Origin: an uncultured Candidatus Rokubacteria bacterium
Lineage (GTDB): Bacteria; Methylomirabilota; Methylomirabilia; Rokubacteriales; CSP1-6
Direction of reading: 5' to 3'
Length of the DNA stretch: 64,000 bases
Assembly (NCBI GenBank): GCA_963789955.1
Contig: CAWBMV010000034.1
Location: 1,120,001-1,184,000 of the forward strand
Positions 31,864 to 44,258 of the stretch are shown here, in pieces. The notes below the pieces were generated by a model, which was given only the letters and a program-made list of their open reading frames with translations, did no database searches and was not told where the DNA came from. Each line of letters begins with the position of its first letter. Position 1 is the stretch's first letter. The translations under genes and the position numbers were made by a program.

Positions 31864-33369
31864 ACAAGATCGAAGCGCTGAAAGCCGAGCGCGACGGCCT
31901 CGACGTCACCGAGGATCTCGTCCGCTTCGCCCGCGAGGGATGGCGGACGATCGCCGACGACGACAAGGAGCGGCTGAAGTGGGTCGGCGTGTTCCACCGC
32001 AAGCCGACGCCGGGCCACTTCATGATGCGCATCCGGATGGCCAACGGCGGTCGTCACCACGGCGCAGGCGCGCCTGCTCGGCGAGATCACCAAGGCGACC
32101 GGCCGCAACATCGCCGACGTGACGACGCGCGCAGCAGGTGCAGCTCCGCTGGGTGACCATCGAGGGCGTGCCCGGACGTCATCGCGGCGCCTCGAGGCGG
32201 CCGGCCTCTCGAGCCTGCAGACCGGCATGGACAACATCCGCGGCATCGTCGGCTGTCCGGCGACGGGCCTCACGCCGCGCGAGCTCTTCGACACCGCGCC
32301 GATCGCGGTCGGCTTCCAGCGGATCTTCCTCGGCAACAAGGAGTTCACGAACCTCCCGCGCAAGTTCAACGTCACGATCACCGGCTGCCTCGATCACTGC
32401 ACCGGCGGCGAGACCCAGGACATCTCGATGACACCCGCGCTGGCGACGCGAGACGGCGCCGAGCTGGCCGGCCTCAACGTCGCCGTCGGCGGCAAGCAGG
32501 GATCGGGCGGGCCGCGATTCGCGACCGCGCTCGACGCGTTCGTCACGCCCGACGAAGCGCCCGAGGTCTGCGCGGCGATCGCGCGCATCTTCCGCGATCA
32601 CGGCCCGCGCGAAGCGCGGAGCCGAGCGCGTCTGGCCTTCCTCGTGGACGAGTGGGGAGGCCCCCGGTTTCGGAAGGAGCTCGAGGCCTATCTCGGCCGG
32701 ACTTTGCCGCCCGCCGGACGCGACGCGCGGGGCCCCGCGGCCACCGATCACGTCGGCATCTTCCGCCAGCGGACATCCGGACTGAACTACGTCGGGCTCA
32801 AGACCCCGGTCGGCCGCGTCACCGGCGATCAGCTCCTCGAGCTGGCCCGGCTCGCCGACGACTACGGTCGCGGCGAGCTGCGCTTCACGCCGTCGCAGAA
32901 CGTCCTCATCCCGCACGTTCCCGACTCGCTCGTCGGCGAGCTCACCCGAGAGCCGTTGCTCCGCGAGCTCCCGTACAACCCCTCCGAGATCCAGCGCGGC
33001 CTGGTCTCGTGCACCGGGACGGATTTCTGCAACCTGGCGCTGATCGACACGAAGACGCAGGCGCTGGCGCTGGCGCGAGAGTTCGAGCGCCGGCTCGAGA
33101 AATCGCGCCCGCTGACCGTGCGCTGGTCGGGCTGCCCCGCGTCCTGCGGCAACCATCACACCGCGGACGTGGGCCTGCAGGGGTGCAAGGTGAAGGTCGA
33201 CGGCAAGATCGTCGACGGCGTCCACGTGTTCGTCGGCGGCCGCGGCGGCCGCGACCCCCGCGCCGGCGAGAAGATTCTCGAAGACGTGCCGTGCTCCGAG
33301 CTTCCGGTGGTACTGGATCGCCTGATCCGCTTCTTTCCGCGAGGTGAGCGCCGGAAGGAGGACGCATGA
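31860..33369 (+). CDS. nirA: Ferredoxin-nitrite reductase (5' part frameshifted)
   Basis: NKIEALK, NLPRKFN, CTGTDFCNLA and SGCPASCG siroheme/Fe-S cysteines. Confidence 0.88.
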
Positions 33370-34136
33370 GGCGCAGCATCGTGTCGTTCGTGGGCGCCGG
33401 ACCCGGCGATCCCGAGCTCATCACCCTCAAAGGGTTGCGCCGGCTGCGCGAGGCCGAGGTCGTGCTGCACGACCGGTTGATCCCGATGTCGCTCCTCGAC
33501 GAGGTCAGTCCGGGCGCGACGGTGATCGACGTCGGCAAGGCGCCGGGGCGTCCGTGCATGGGCCAGGGACAGATCAACTGGTTGCTGGTCGACTGGGCCC
33601 GACGACGCGAGCACGTCGTGCGGCTCAAGGGCGGGGATCCCGCGGTCTTCGGGCGCCTCAGCGAGGAGATCGAAGCGGTCCGATCGGCAGGGATCGCCTT
33701 CGAGGTCATCCCCGGCGTCACGGCGGCGACGGCGGCGGCGGCCCGGCTCGGGATCTCGCTCACCGAGCGCGGCAGCGCCTCGACGGTCGTCTTCGCGACC
33801 GGCACCGATCAGACCGGCCACCGCCCGTCCGCGCTCGACTGGGACGTGCTGGCGCGGGCCGAGGGCACGCTCGTCTTCTACATGTCGGTGGGCGCGCTCG
33901 ACTCGATCACCGCGTCGCTCACCTCGCTCGGCCGTGACCCGCGCGAGCCCGCGATCCTGGTCGAGCAGGCGGGGGTCGCCGGTGAGCGCGTCATCGCCGC
34001 TCGGCTCGGCGAGATCGCGGCGGAGGCACGCGCGGCCGACGTCAAGGCTCCGGCGGTGCTCATCACGGGACCCACGGTGTCGACCGCGTCGGTGCCGCTC
34101 ACCGTGCGACGGATATCGAGCCCCGTGTCGGTCTAG
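33366..34136 (+). CDS. cobA: Uroporphyrinogen-III C-methyltransferase
   Basis: GAGPGDPELIT, VRLKGGDP, PGVT. Confidence 0.93.
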   Translation: MRRSIVSFVGAGPGDPELITLKGLRRLREAEVVLHDRLIPMSLLDEVSPGATVIDVGKAPGRPCMGQGQINWLLVDWARRREHVVRLKGGDPAVFGRLSEEIEAVRSAGIAFEVIPGVTAATAAAARLGISLTERGSASTVVFATGTDQTGHRPSALDWDVLARAEGTLVFYMSVGALDSITASLTSLGRDPREPAILVEQAGVAGERVIAARLGEIAAEARAADVKAPAVLITGPTVSTASVPLTVRRISSPVSV

Positions 34137-34138
34137 CC

Positions 34139-34714
34139 GTGCCCGACTATTTCCCGGCTTTCCTCGATCTCCGCGGCCGTCGCTGCCTCGTGGTCGGCGG
34201 TGGAGAAATCGGGGAGCGCAAGGCTCGGGCGCTGCTCGACTGCGGCGCTCGTGTGACCGTGGTGAGCCTGTCGTTCACGCCGCAACTGGCCGCTCTCGCC
34301 GAGAGCGGGCAAGTTGAATGTCGAGCGCGCACGCTCCGTCGGTCGGACCTGAGGGCGTGCGTCCTGGTGGTCGCCGCAACGGGACACCCTCGCGTCGATG
34401 AGGCGACGGCGGTGCTGGCGCGTCGCTACCGCGTCCTGGTGAACGTCGTCGACCGACGCGACCACTGCGACTTCATCATGCCCTCGGTGCTACGCCGCGG
34501 GGAGCTCCAGATCGCCGTCTCCACCGGCGGCCGCAGTCCGGCCCTGGCGCGCGAGATTCGCCTGCGGCTCGAAGACCTGTTCGGCCCCGACTACGCGGCG
34601 CTGATCGAGCGCGCGGGAGCAGACCGTCGTCGCGCTCGCGCAATCGCCGTGACCGCCGCCGATCGCCTCGCCGCGGGCGAGCGCACCGCGAGGCTGGCGC
34701 TCGCCGAACGATAG
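34139..34714 (+). CDS. Precorrin-2 dehydrogenase/ferrochelatase (SirC/CysG N-terminal)
   Basis: YFP.FLDL, VVGGG, NVVD, CDF, ISTGG-like STGGRSPALA. Confidence 0.88.
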   Translation: MPDYFPAFLDLRGRRCLVVGGGEIGERKARALLDCGARVTVVSLSFTPQLAALAESGQVECRARTLRRSDLRACVLVVAATGHPRVDEATAVLARRYRVLVNVVDRRDHCDFIMPSVLRRGELQIAVSTGGRSPALAREIRLRLEDLFGPDYAALIERAGADRRRARAIAVTAADRLAAGERTARLALAER

Positions 34715-34806
34715 CGTGACGGCCGGCGGCGTGGAGTACGGGCGCGACGGCGTGCCGAAGAACGGCAGACGCACGCGCCGCCCGTCGTACAATCTCCTGG
34801 CCGGTC

Positions 34807-35271
34807 ATGCACGCCTCCGACCTCCGAAAGGTCATGAATTCCCTGCTGCGCGGGCTCACTCCGCAGCAAGTGGAGCAGCTCGCTCAGGCATCGGTCGGCC
34901 AGAAGGTGGCTACCGGACACGCGCTCATGAACGAGGGCGATCGACCGAGCGGGCTGGTGTTCCTGCTGCAGGGCGGGGTCGAGGTCTTCAAGCACGGCCC
35001 GGACGGGCAGCGTCAATCGCTCGCGAAAATAGACGCGCCGACGCTCCTGGGCGAGATGAGCCTCATCACCGATCGCCCGAGCTCGGCCACCGTCATGGCA
35101 CTCAGCGAGTGCGAGCTGCAGCTCCTCACGAAGGCACAGTTTCAGCGGTTGATCGCGAGCGACAGCATCGCCGCCTACAAGCTCGTGGTGATCGTCGCCG
35201 GCGTGCTCGCCGAGCGGCTCGCGAAGCTCGACCGGAAGATCCTCGAGCTGACCGGACACTGGAATCTCTAG
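34807..35271 (+). CDS. Stand-alone cyclic-nucleotide-binding domain protein
   Basis: EGD, G.VEV, GEMSLI..RP.SATV.A. Confidence 0.8.
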   Translation: MHASDLRKVMNSLLRGLTPQQVEQLAQASVGQKVATGHALMNEGDRPSGLVFLLQGGVEVFKHGPDGQRQSLAKIDAPTLLGEMSLITDRPSSATVMALSECELQLLTKAQFQRLIASDSIAAYKLVVIVAGVLAERLAKLDRKILELTGHWNL

Positions 35272-35663
35272 GCGCGCGCTGACGCGCCCCGCGCCGCGAC
35301 GTACGCTCGCCAGCCGCCGTACTCCGTGATCTCGCGCTGACCCTCGCAGAGGATCGGCTCGCCGAGCACGCCGAGGGTCTCCTCGCCGTCGGCGAGACGG
35401 ACCTTGCCCACGCAGAGGCCCGCCGGCTCGCCTAGGAGAATCGCCGCGAGCCCCGCGGCGGGAACCTCCCAGACTTCGACCGCGATCGCCGCGCCGCCGC
35501 TCGCCACGCGCACCATCGCCGGATGACGGTCGCCGATCGACCACAGTCGATAGCTCGGGGCCGTCGTCGCTTCGCGCACGAACGTCGCGCCCGCCGCGAG
35601 CAAGTTGCTGTTGAGCGCGAGGCCGCGCATCAACGTCCCGTTGACGGCCAATCGGACATTCAA
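35268..35663 (-). CDS. Allophanate hydrolase C-terminal-like (GGCT-fold) protein
   Basis: LAVNGTLMRGLALN, AIAVEVW, EPAGL.VGKVRLADG, EITEYGGWRAY; TTG start after SD gggaggg. Confidence 0.75.
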   Translation of the reverse strand: MNVRLAVNGTLMRGLALNSNLLAAGATFVREATTAPSYRLWSIGDRHPAMVRVASGGAAIAVEVWEVPAAGLAAILLGEPAGLCVGKVRLADGEETLGVLGEPILCEGQREITEYGGWRAYVAARGASARA

Positions 35664-35863
35664 GGCGCTCTCCCTCCCATCGGTGAACCGCCTCGTGCCG
35701 GCTCGCGCCGACCGTAGCACATCGCCGAGAAGTTTCTACACTGCCGCGCTCTCAGCTCGAGTGCTGCCCGGCGCATGTGCAACGAGCACGTCGTGCTTAT
35801 TCGCTGAGCACCGCTTGTCGAAGCTTCGACGCTAAATGTGCGTCGATGTTGATGAGCGATTTG

Positions 35864-35879
35864 CGGCATGGGCCTTGCT
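35864..35879 (+). promoter_or_regulatory. Sigma54 -24/-12 promoter of amtB
   Basis: CGGCAT-GGGCC-TTGCT; 17-bp NtrC-like palindrome tgcttattcgctgagca at 35794-35810. Confidence 0.75.
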
Positions 35880-35893
35880 CTCTGACCGCGCGC

Positions 35894-35950
35894 GCGACAA
35901 GGAAGTCGCTAGCGGGTAATGGCGCCCGGAGACGGGCGCCATTTCTTTTT
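35894..35950 (+). promoter_or_regulatory. ANTAR-type dual-hairpin RNA overlapping an intrinsic terminator
   Basis: P1 gcgac-AAGGAA-gtcgc, P2 cgggt-AATGGC-gcccg (both A1/G4 hexaloops); terminator aatggcgcccg-gaga-cgggcgccatt-tcttttt. Confidence 0.82.
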
Positions 35951-35985
35951 CTGGGCGACGCGAGAGCGCGGCCCTCAAGGAGGGC

Positions 35986-38028
<2,043 letters not shown>

Positions 38029-38060
38029 CAGCGCACGTCTTGAGATCCCAGGAGGATCGG

Positions 38061-39350
38061 ATGACGCGACGGCTCGGAGTGCTATTCATCGGGGCGCTGT
38101 TCACGGCGGCCGTGGTCTTGGCCGCCGGCGCGCCCGCGTATGGCCAGATGCCCACAATCGCACAAACGGAGACAAAGCCGGCGGAGACGAAGCCGGCCGA
38201 CGAGGCCAAGCCCGAGGAGAAGAAGGAGGAGGAAAAGCCGAAGACGTTCTGGGACGAGAACACGCTGTTCGGCTACATCGAGAACAGCTTGGTGTGGAAC
38301 ACCGGCCGGGCGAGCCGCGGGAACCACAACGAGCTGCGGTTCTACGACTTCCAGGGTAGCTACACGTTCAACGTGGGCGAGTTCAGCATCAAGAAGGACC
38401 CGTCGGAGCGCTATCCGTTCGGGTACGGCCTGGTGCTCACGGCGGGTATTCCCGGGCACGTCGAACGACTCGCAGAAGAACCACGCGCTCGGCATCTTCC
38501 GGGGCGACGGACGATCAGTTCGCGTTCCGGAACACGCCGAACTTCGACCTGCAGGAGGCGTACGCGTCGTACCAGATTCCGATCGGGAACGGCCTGACCC
38601 TCAAGGCCGGGAAGTGCGTGACCTTGCTCGGCTACGAGGTCATCGAGGCGCCGAACGACCTGAACTTCTCGCGCTCGTTCCTGTTCACGTTCTCGGCGCC
38701 CCTGACCCACGTCGGCGCCCTGCTGACCTACCGGCCGCGCCGTGGTTCTCGATCACCGCCGGCACCGTGGTCGGCTGGGACGTCGCCGAAGGACAACAAC
38801 AGCACGATGTCGTACACGGGGCAGTTCGCCTTCACGCCGATCAAGGACCTCACGGCGAACTTCAACTGGATCACCGGCCCCGAGCAGACGCACATCAACG
38901 CAATCCGCGGACGGTGCTCGACTTGTCGTTCACCTACACGGGCATCAAGAAGCTCACGCTCGGGCTGAACGTGGACTACGGCTGGGAGTACGGACGAAGC
39001 GTATCTGCAAGGCATCGGGCACGCGGCGGGACAACAACGCCTCCTGGTGGGGGTGGGCCGCCTACGTCGCGTACGACTGGACGGAGAAGTTTCGGACCGC
39101 GCTGCGGCTGGAGTACATGAAGGACGCCGAGGGCGTGCGCACGCAGCTGAGTCCGCCGGGCAACAAGCTGGATCTGTGGGAAGTGACGATGACCGCGCAG
39201 TACAAGGTCTGGAAGGGCCTGGTCGCGCGCGTCGAGTACCGGCACGACAGCGCGAACCAGAAGACCTTCTCGATCCGCGCGCCGGGCTACGTCCCGACCG
39301 GGAAGACCCAGGACACGATCTCCTTCGACCTCTACTACCTGTTCTTTTGA
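38061..39350 (+). CDS. Outer-membrane beta-barrel porin-like protein (BBP2-like; frameshifted)
   Basis: Signal peptide, TLLGYEVIE..N.NFSRS, R.EYRHD, aromatic C-terminus DLYYLFF. Confidence 0.72.
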
Positions 39351-39369
39351 TGATTGTGAGTTGCTGAAT

Positions 39370-39693
39370 ATGGCTGACGCAGTGGACGGACGCGACAACG
39401 GAACCGCCGAGCTTCAAACGGTCGCGCGCGCGCTCGCCGACACGGTGCCGCAGCTGGTGGAGCGGCTGTCGCGAGCGCGCCCCGGACTGATCTACCGCCA
39501 GGCGCTCGAGCTCCTGGAGCGGCCGCTCCTGGGGCACGTGCTCGCCATGACCGGAGGCAACCAGCTGCGCGCGGCGCGCTTGCTCGGACTCAACCGCAAC
39601 ACGCTGCGCAAGCGGTGCCGCGAGCTGCGGCTGGCGCTGCCTCGGGAGCCGCGGCGGGCGCCGGAGGGACGCGCCGCCGCTCCGCTCGCCTAG
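39370..39693 (+). CDS. Stand-alone Fis/NtrC-type HTH protein
   Basis: LERPLL..VL..TGGNQLRAARLLGLNRNTLRKR. Confidence 0.85.
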   Translation: MADAVDGRDNGTAELQTVARALADTVPQLVERLSRARPGLIYRQALELLERPLLGHVLAMTGGNQLRAARLLGLNRNTLRKRCRELRLALPREPRRAPEGRAAAPLA

Positions 39694-39863
39694 CGGCGCG
39701 CACGGAAAGGCGGCGTAGCGCCGGGATCGTGTCGCGGTCTTGAAGTGCTGCCCGGTGTGCGGCCGGTGCCGTAATATGGGCACCAGAGCATGTCGCACGA
39801 GCGAGCCCGCCTCCTGCCACAGACGCGCGCCCTGAGCGGGCGCGGGACGACAGCTCCGTCGCG

Positions 39864-40862
39864 ATGAGCGCGGACGTCGAGACTCTGGCGAGCCAGATCG
39901 CGGAGGGCTCGACGCGCGCGCTCGCGCGCGGGCTCACGTGGGTCGAGTCCGGCGGAGCCCGCGCCGAAGCGCTGTGCGCTCGCCTCTATCCGAGTACCGG
40001 GCGTGCCCAGATCGTCGGCGTCACCGGTGCCCCCGGCAGCGGCAAGAGCACCCTCGCGCGGGCGCTCGCGCTGGTCGCGCGGGCGCGCGGCCGTACCGTC
40101 GGAATCCTCGCCGTCGATCCGACCTCTCCGTTCTCCGGCGGCGCGATCCTCGGCGATCGCATCCGCATGAGCGACCTGGCGCTCGACCCCGGCGTCTTCA
40201 TCCGCTCGATGGCCACACGTGGTGCCCTGGGCGGTCTGTCGCGCGCGGCCGCCGACGCGGTCGACCTGATGGACGCGGCGGGCCTCGGGCTCGTGCTCGT
40301 CGAGACCGTCGGCGTCGGCCAGGACGAGGTCGACGTGATGCGTCTCGCGCAGACGGTCATCGTCGTCTCGGTCCCGGGTCTCGGCGACGACGTTCAGGCG
40401 CTCAAGGCCGGCGTCCTGGAGATCGCGGACGTGCACGTCGTCAACAAGGCCGATCGCGAGGGCGCCGACCGGACGGTCTCGGAGCTGCGGGCGATGCTCA
40501 CCCTGCTGCCGTCCGCGGAAGGCGCCTGGGTCCCGCCCGTGCTGCCGGCCTCTGCGGCGCGCGACGAAGGGATCGAGACGATCGCCGACGCGATCGACAG
40601 CCACATGGCGTATCAGAAGACGAGCGGTGAGCTCGAGCGCCGGCGACAGAAGATCGTCACCGCGCGTGTGCTCCGGATCGCGCAGGATCTGGTGGCCGAG
40701 ACGGTGCTCGCCGGCGCGCTGGGCCCCGAGGGTGCGGCGCGCGCCAGCATGCTCGAGCGCGTGGCGCGGCGCGAGCTGGCGCCGCACGCCTGCGCGCGGG
40801 CGCTCCTGGCCGAGGCGGCCAGTCGGACGTCGACGACGCGGGAAGGCGACGACGTCGCGTGA
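39864..40862 (+). CDS. meaB: Methylmalonyl-CoA mutase-associated GTPase
   Basis: GAPGSGKST, AVDPTSPFSGGAILGDRIRM, ETVGVGQ, NKAD. Confidence 0.92.
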   Translation: MSADVETLASQIAEGSTRALARGLTWVESGGARAEALCARLYPSTGRAQIVGVTGAPGSGKSTLARALALVARARGRTVGILAVDPTSPFSGGAILGDRIRMSDLALDPGVFIRSMATRGALGGLSRAAADAVDLMDAAGLGLVLVETVGVGQDEVDVMRLAQTVIVVSVPGLGDDVQALKAGVLEIADVHVVNKADREGADRTVSELRAMLTLLPSAEGAWVPPVLPASAARDEGIETIADAIDSHMAYQKTSGELERRRQKIVTARVLRIAQDLVAETVLAGALGPEGAARASMLERVARRELAPHACARALLAEAASRTSTTREGDDVA

Positions 40863-40906
40863 TGGGCGTTACTATGGCGGAAGCCTGATCGGGAAGGAGA
40901 TGGCAC

Positions 40907-41350
40907 ATGAACATCGCGAACATCCTCGCGCGTAAGGGCTCGATGGCCGTGACGGTGCGTCCCGAGCAATCGATCCGGGAAGCACTCGCGCTGCTGGATC
41001 GCCACAACATCGGCGCGCTGATCGCCGTCGAGGGCGACCGACCGGTCGGCATCCTGTCGGAGCGCGACATCGTCCGCGAGGCGGCGCACAACGAGAAGTT
41101 CTTCATGCGCATGGTCGCCGACCTCATGACGCGCGACGTGATCACCGGCCAGCCCCACGACGACCTTCCTTCGGTGGCCCACACGATGACCGAGCGGCGG
41201 ATCCGCCATCTGCCGGTGGTCGACAAGGGGCGGCTGATCGGGATGGTCTCGATCGGTGACGTCGTGAAGGCGCAGCGCGATCACTATCAAGGCGAGGTCG
41301 ACACCTTGCAGACGCAGCTCCTCGCCGACGAGCGCGGGCGCGCGATTTGA
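40907..41350 (+). CDS. CBS domain pair protein
   Basis: [25 protein letters not shown]. Confidence 0.9.
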   Translation: MNIANILARKGSMAVTVRPEQSIREALALLDRHNIGALIAVEGDRPVGILSERDIVREAAHNEKFFMRMVADLMTRDVITGQPHDDLPSVAHTMTERRIRHLPVVDKGRLIGMVSIGDVVKAQRDHYQGEVDTLQTQLLADERGRAI

Positions 41351-42749
41351 CGCCGATTCCGGGGACGCCGGAACGGCCGCTACGCGTCGCGATCATCGGC
41401 GCCGGCCCGACCGGCTTCTACACCGCCGATCATCTGCTGCGGAACGCGAAGGTTGTCGAGGTCGATCTGTACGATCGGCTGCCGACTCCGTACGGACTGG
41501 TGCGCCTGGGCGTCGCGCCGGACCATCAGAAGATCAAGTTCGTCACGAACGTCTTCGACAAGGTGGCGGCGAATCCGCGCTTCCGTTTCTTCGGCGGCGT
41601 CGAATTCGGCAAGGACGTGACGCTCGCCGACCTCAAGGCCTACTATCACCAGATCGTCTACTGCACCGGGGCCCAGACCGACCGGCGCATGGGGATTCCC
41701 GGCGAGGACCTGAGCGGGAGCCATCCCGCGACCGAGTTCGTCGCCTGGTACAACGGCCATCCCGACTATCGGGACTGCACGTTCGATCTGACGCAGGAGC
41801 GGGTGGCGGTCGTCGGCGTCGGCAACGTCGCGGTCGACGTCGTCCGGATCCTGTGCCGAACGCCCGAAGAGCTGGCCACCACCGACATCGCCGACTACGC
41901 GCTCGAGGCGCTGCGCCGAGAGCCGCGTGAAGGAAGTCTATCTGCTCGGCCGGCGCGGGCCCGCGCAGGCCGCGTTCACGAACCCCGAAGTGAGGGAGCT
42001 CGGCGAGCTGGCCGACGCCGACGTGACCGCGCGTCCGGACGAGGTCGAGCTCGACCCGCTGAGCCGCGCGGCGGTCGAGCGCAGCCAGGATCGGGCCACG
42101 CAGAAGAAGGTCGAGATCCTCAAGGAGTATGCGCGGCGGCCGTCCGACGGGCAAGTCGCGCCGGCTCACCTTGCGATTCATGGTCTCGCCGGTCGAGCTG
42201 ATCGGCGACGCCGCCGGCAGCGTGACGGCGCTCAAGCTCGTGCGCAACGAGCTCTACGCGACGTCGACGGGCGCGCTCCAGCCGCGCGCCACGGACCACT
42301 TCGAGAATCTGCCGGTCGGTCTCGTCTTCCGCTCGGTCGGCTACCGCGGTGTCCCGCTGCCGGGCGTGCCCTTCAACGAGAGCTGGGGCGTGATTCTGAA
42401 CGACAAGGGACGCGTGCTCGATTCCGACACGAAGCAGCCGATCGTGGGCGAGTACGCGGCGGGCTGGATCAAGCGCGGCCCCACCGGCGTGATCGGGACG
42501 AACAAGCCCGATGCCGCGGAGACCGTGGAGTGCATGTTCGAGGATCTCGCCGCCGGCTCCGTGCTCGAGCCCGCCCATCCGGAAGCCGCGGCCGCCGAAG
42601 CGCTGGTGCGCCAGCGCCAGCCGAGCTACTTCTCCTACGCCGACTGGCAAAAGCTCGACGCGATCGAAGTCGAGCGCGGCCGCGCCCAGGGCCGCCCACG
42701 CGTCAAGTTCACCCGCATCGAAGAAATGCTCTCCGCCCTCAACCGCTGA
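41347..42749 (+). CDS. Ferredoxin-NADP+ reductase, FprA/adrenodoxin reductase type (frameshifts near 41920 and 42140)
   Basis: [41 protein letters not shown]. Confidence 0.88.
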
Positions 42750-42832
42750 CCCTCCAAGCCCACCACTGTGCGGCGGCAGCGCTGACGACAGAGCGACTGG
42801 TGGCTTGTCCGCGGCCATTCGACGAGTGAAAA

Positions 42833-42987
42833 CGGCCGGGTGGGCGGGCGGTGAGCCGGGGTTCCTCCCGGGATCCGTGTAGGCAGCGTCGCTAGCGCGC
42901 CAAGCGCGAGACCGGTCGCACACCAATTTCAGCAGTCGGATCCCGGGAGGGACCCCGGCTCACCGCCCGCTCACCCGGCCGCCTCCA
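42833..42987. repeat. Palindromic intergenic element, copy 1 (45-bp arms)
   Basis: 42833-42877 pairs with 42937-42981; the two mismatches are G-T on the plus strand. Confidence 0.85.
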
Positions 42988-43006
42988 AGCGCCGAGTACC
43001 AAGAAG

Positions 43007-44188
43007 CTAGCGAGAGATCGTCAGGCCCTGACCGCCGTAGTGGTCGGCGTCATGCCAAGGCAACCCCTCGGCGAAGCGCGTCGAGCGAAACGGCGTGAGA
43101 TCGACGGTGCGCGGCTTCCCGTCCACGATCCATTCCGCGAGACACTTGCCGATGGCTGGTGACGTCTTGAAGGAAGTCCCGGAGTCGCCGAGCATGCAGT
43201 AGAGGCCCGCGATCGAGGGGATCTGATCGATGATGGGCCGGCCGTCGGCGCTCATCATGATCATGCCGGCCCAGCCGCCGCGCATCGTCGCCTCGGCCAT
43301 GGCCGGGATTCGTCCCGCCAGCGCCCTGCGACAGGTGTCCACGAAGTCCGGATCGACGCCTTCGTCGAACGAGTTGGGATCCGCGTGACCGGCACCGAGC
43401 TCGACGCCGATCAAGGTCGTGTTCGTGCCTTCCGGACGGAGCCACGACTGGTGGATCGCGTCGATGACCACGCAGTGCCGACTCGTGAACCCTGCCGGCC
43501 ACCGGAAGATCGTGATCTGGATCCGATGCGGGACGAGCCCGAAATCGAGCCCGAGCGGACTCAGAAGCGGAGCCGCCCATGCGCCGGGCACGAGCACGAC
43601 CACGGGCGCGTCCACACGCCCCCTGGCGGTCTCGACCCCGACGACCCGCCCGCGCTCCGTCAGGATCTTTGTCACCGCGCAGCCGGTCTCGATGGTCGCG
43701 CCCAGACGGCGGGCGGCCTCGGCGAAGGCGAATGTCGTCGCGTTGGGATCGGCGAACCCCGAATCGGGCTCCCACGCGGCAGCCCCGACGTCATCGATCC
43801 GGCACCCCGGCAGCAGCTCGGCGAGTCGGCCCGGGCTCACCACCTCGGTCTTGATGCCGAGACCCTGCTGGCGGGCGACGTTTCGGCCGAGCTCGGCCTC
43901 GAAGCCCTTCGGGACGATCTGGAGGAAGCCGATCGGCTCGAAGCCGCAATCGCCGCCCACGACGTTCCGGAAATCACGAAAAATCTTGAGGCTCTCGAAC
44001 GCCAGCTTCGATTCCGGCTCGTTGGTGTAGTGCATCCGCACCAGGGAGCCGGATTTGCCCGTGGCGCCCGCGCCGAGGTGGTGGCGCTCGAGCAGGAGGA
44101 CATTCTTAACTCCGCGGGATGCAAGGTGAAAAGCGGTACTGGCCCCATTCACCCCACCGCCGACGACGATCACGTCTGCCCGCGTCAT
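43007..44188 (-). CDS. FAD-dependent oxidoreductase, DAO/sarcosine oxidase beta family
   Basis: VVGGGVNG, GATGKSG, DGRPII, GTSFK.SPAIG. Confidence 0.88.
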   Translation of the reverse strand: MTRADVIVVGGGVNGASTAFHLASRGVKNVLLLERHHLGAGATGKSGSLVRMHYTNEPESKLAFESLKIFRDFRNVVGGDCGFEPIGFLQIVPKGFEAELGRNVARQQGLGIKTEVVSPGRLAELLPGCRIDDVGAAAWEPDSGFADPNATTFAFAEAARRLGATIETGCAVTKILTERGRVVGVETARGRVDAPVVVLVPGAWAAPLLSPLGLDFGLVPHRIQITIFRWPAGFTSRHCVVIDAIHQSWLRPEGTNTTLIGVELGAGHADPNSFDEGVDPDFVDTCRRALAGRIPAMAEATMRGGWAGMIMMSADGRPIIDQIPSIAGLYCMLGDSGTSFKTSPAIGKCLAEWIVDGKPRTVDLTPFRSTRFAEGLPWHDADHYGGQGLTISR

Positions 44189-44258
44189 GAGCGCTCCGCC
44201 CTTCTGCCCTTCGTGGGCGATCGGTTAGACTAACATAGTTAGGGAAATCGGAGGACAC

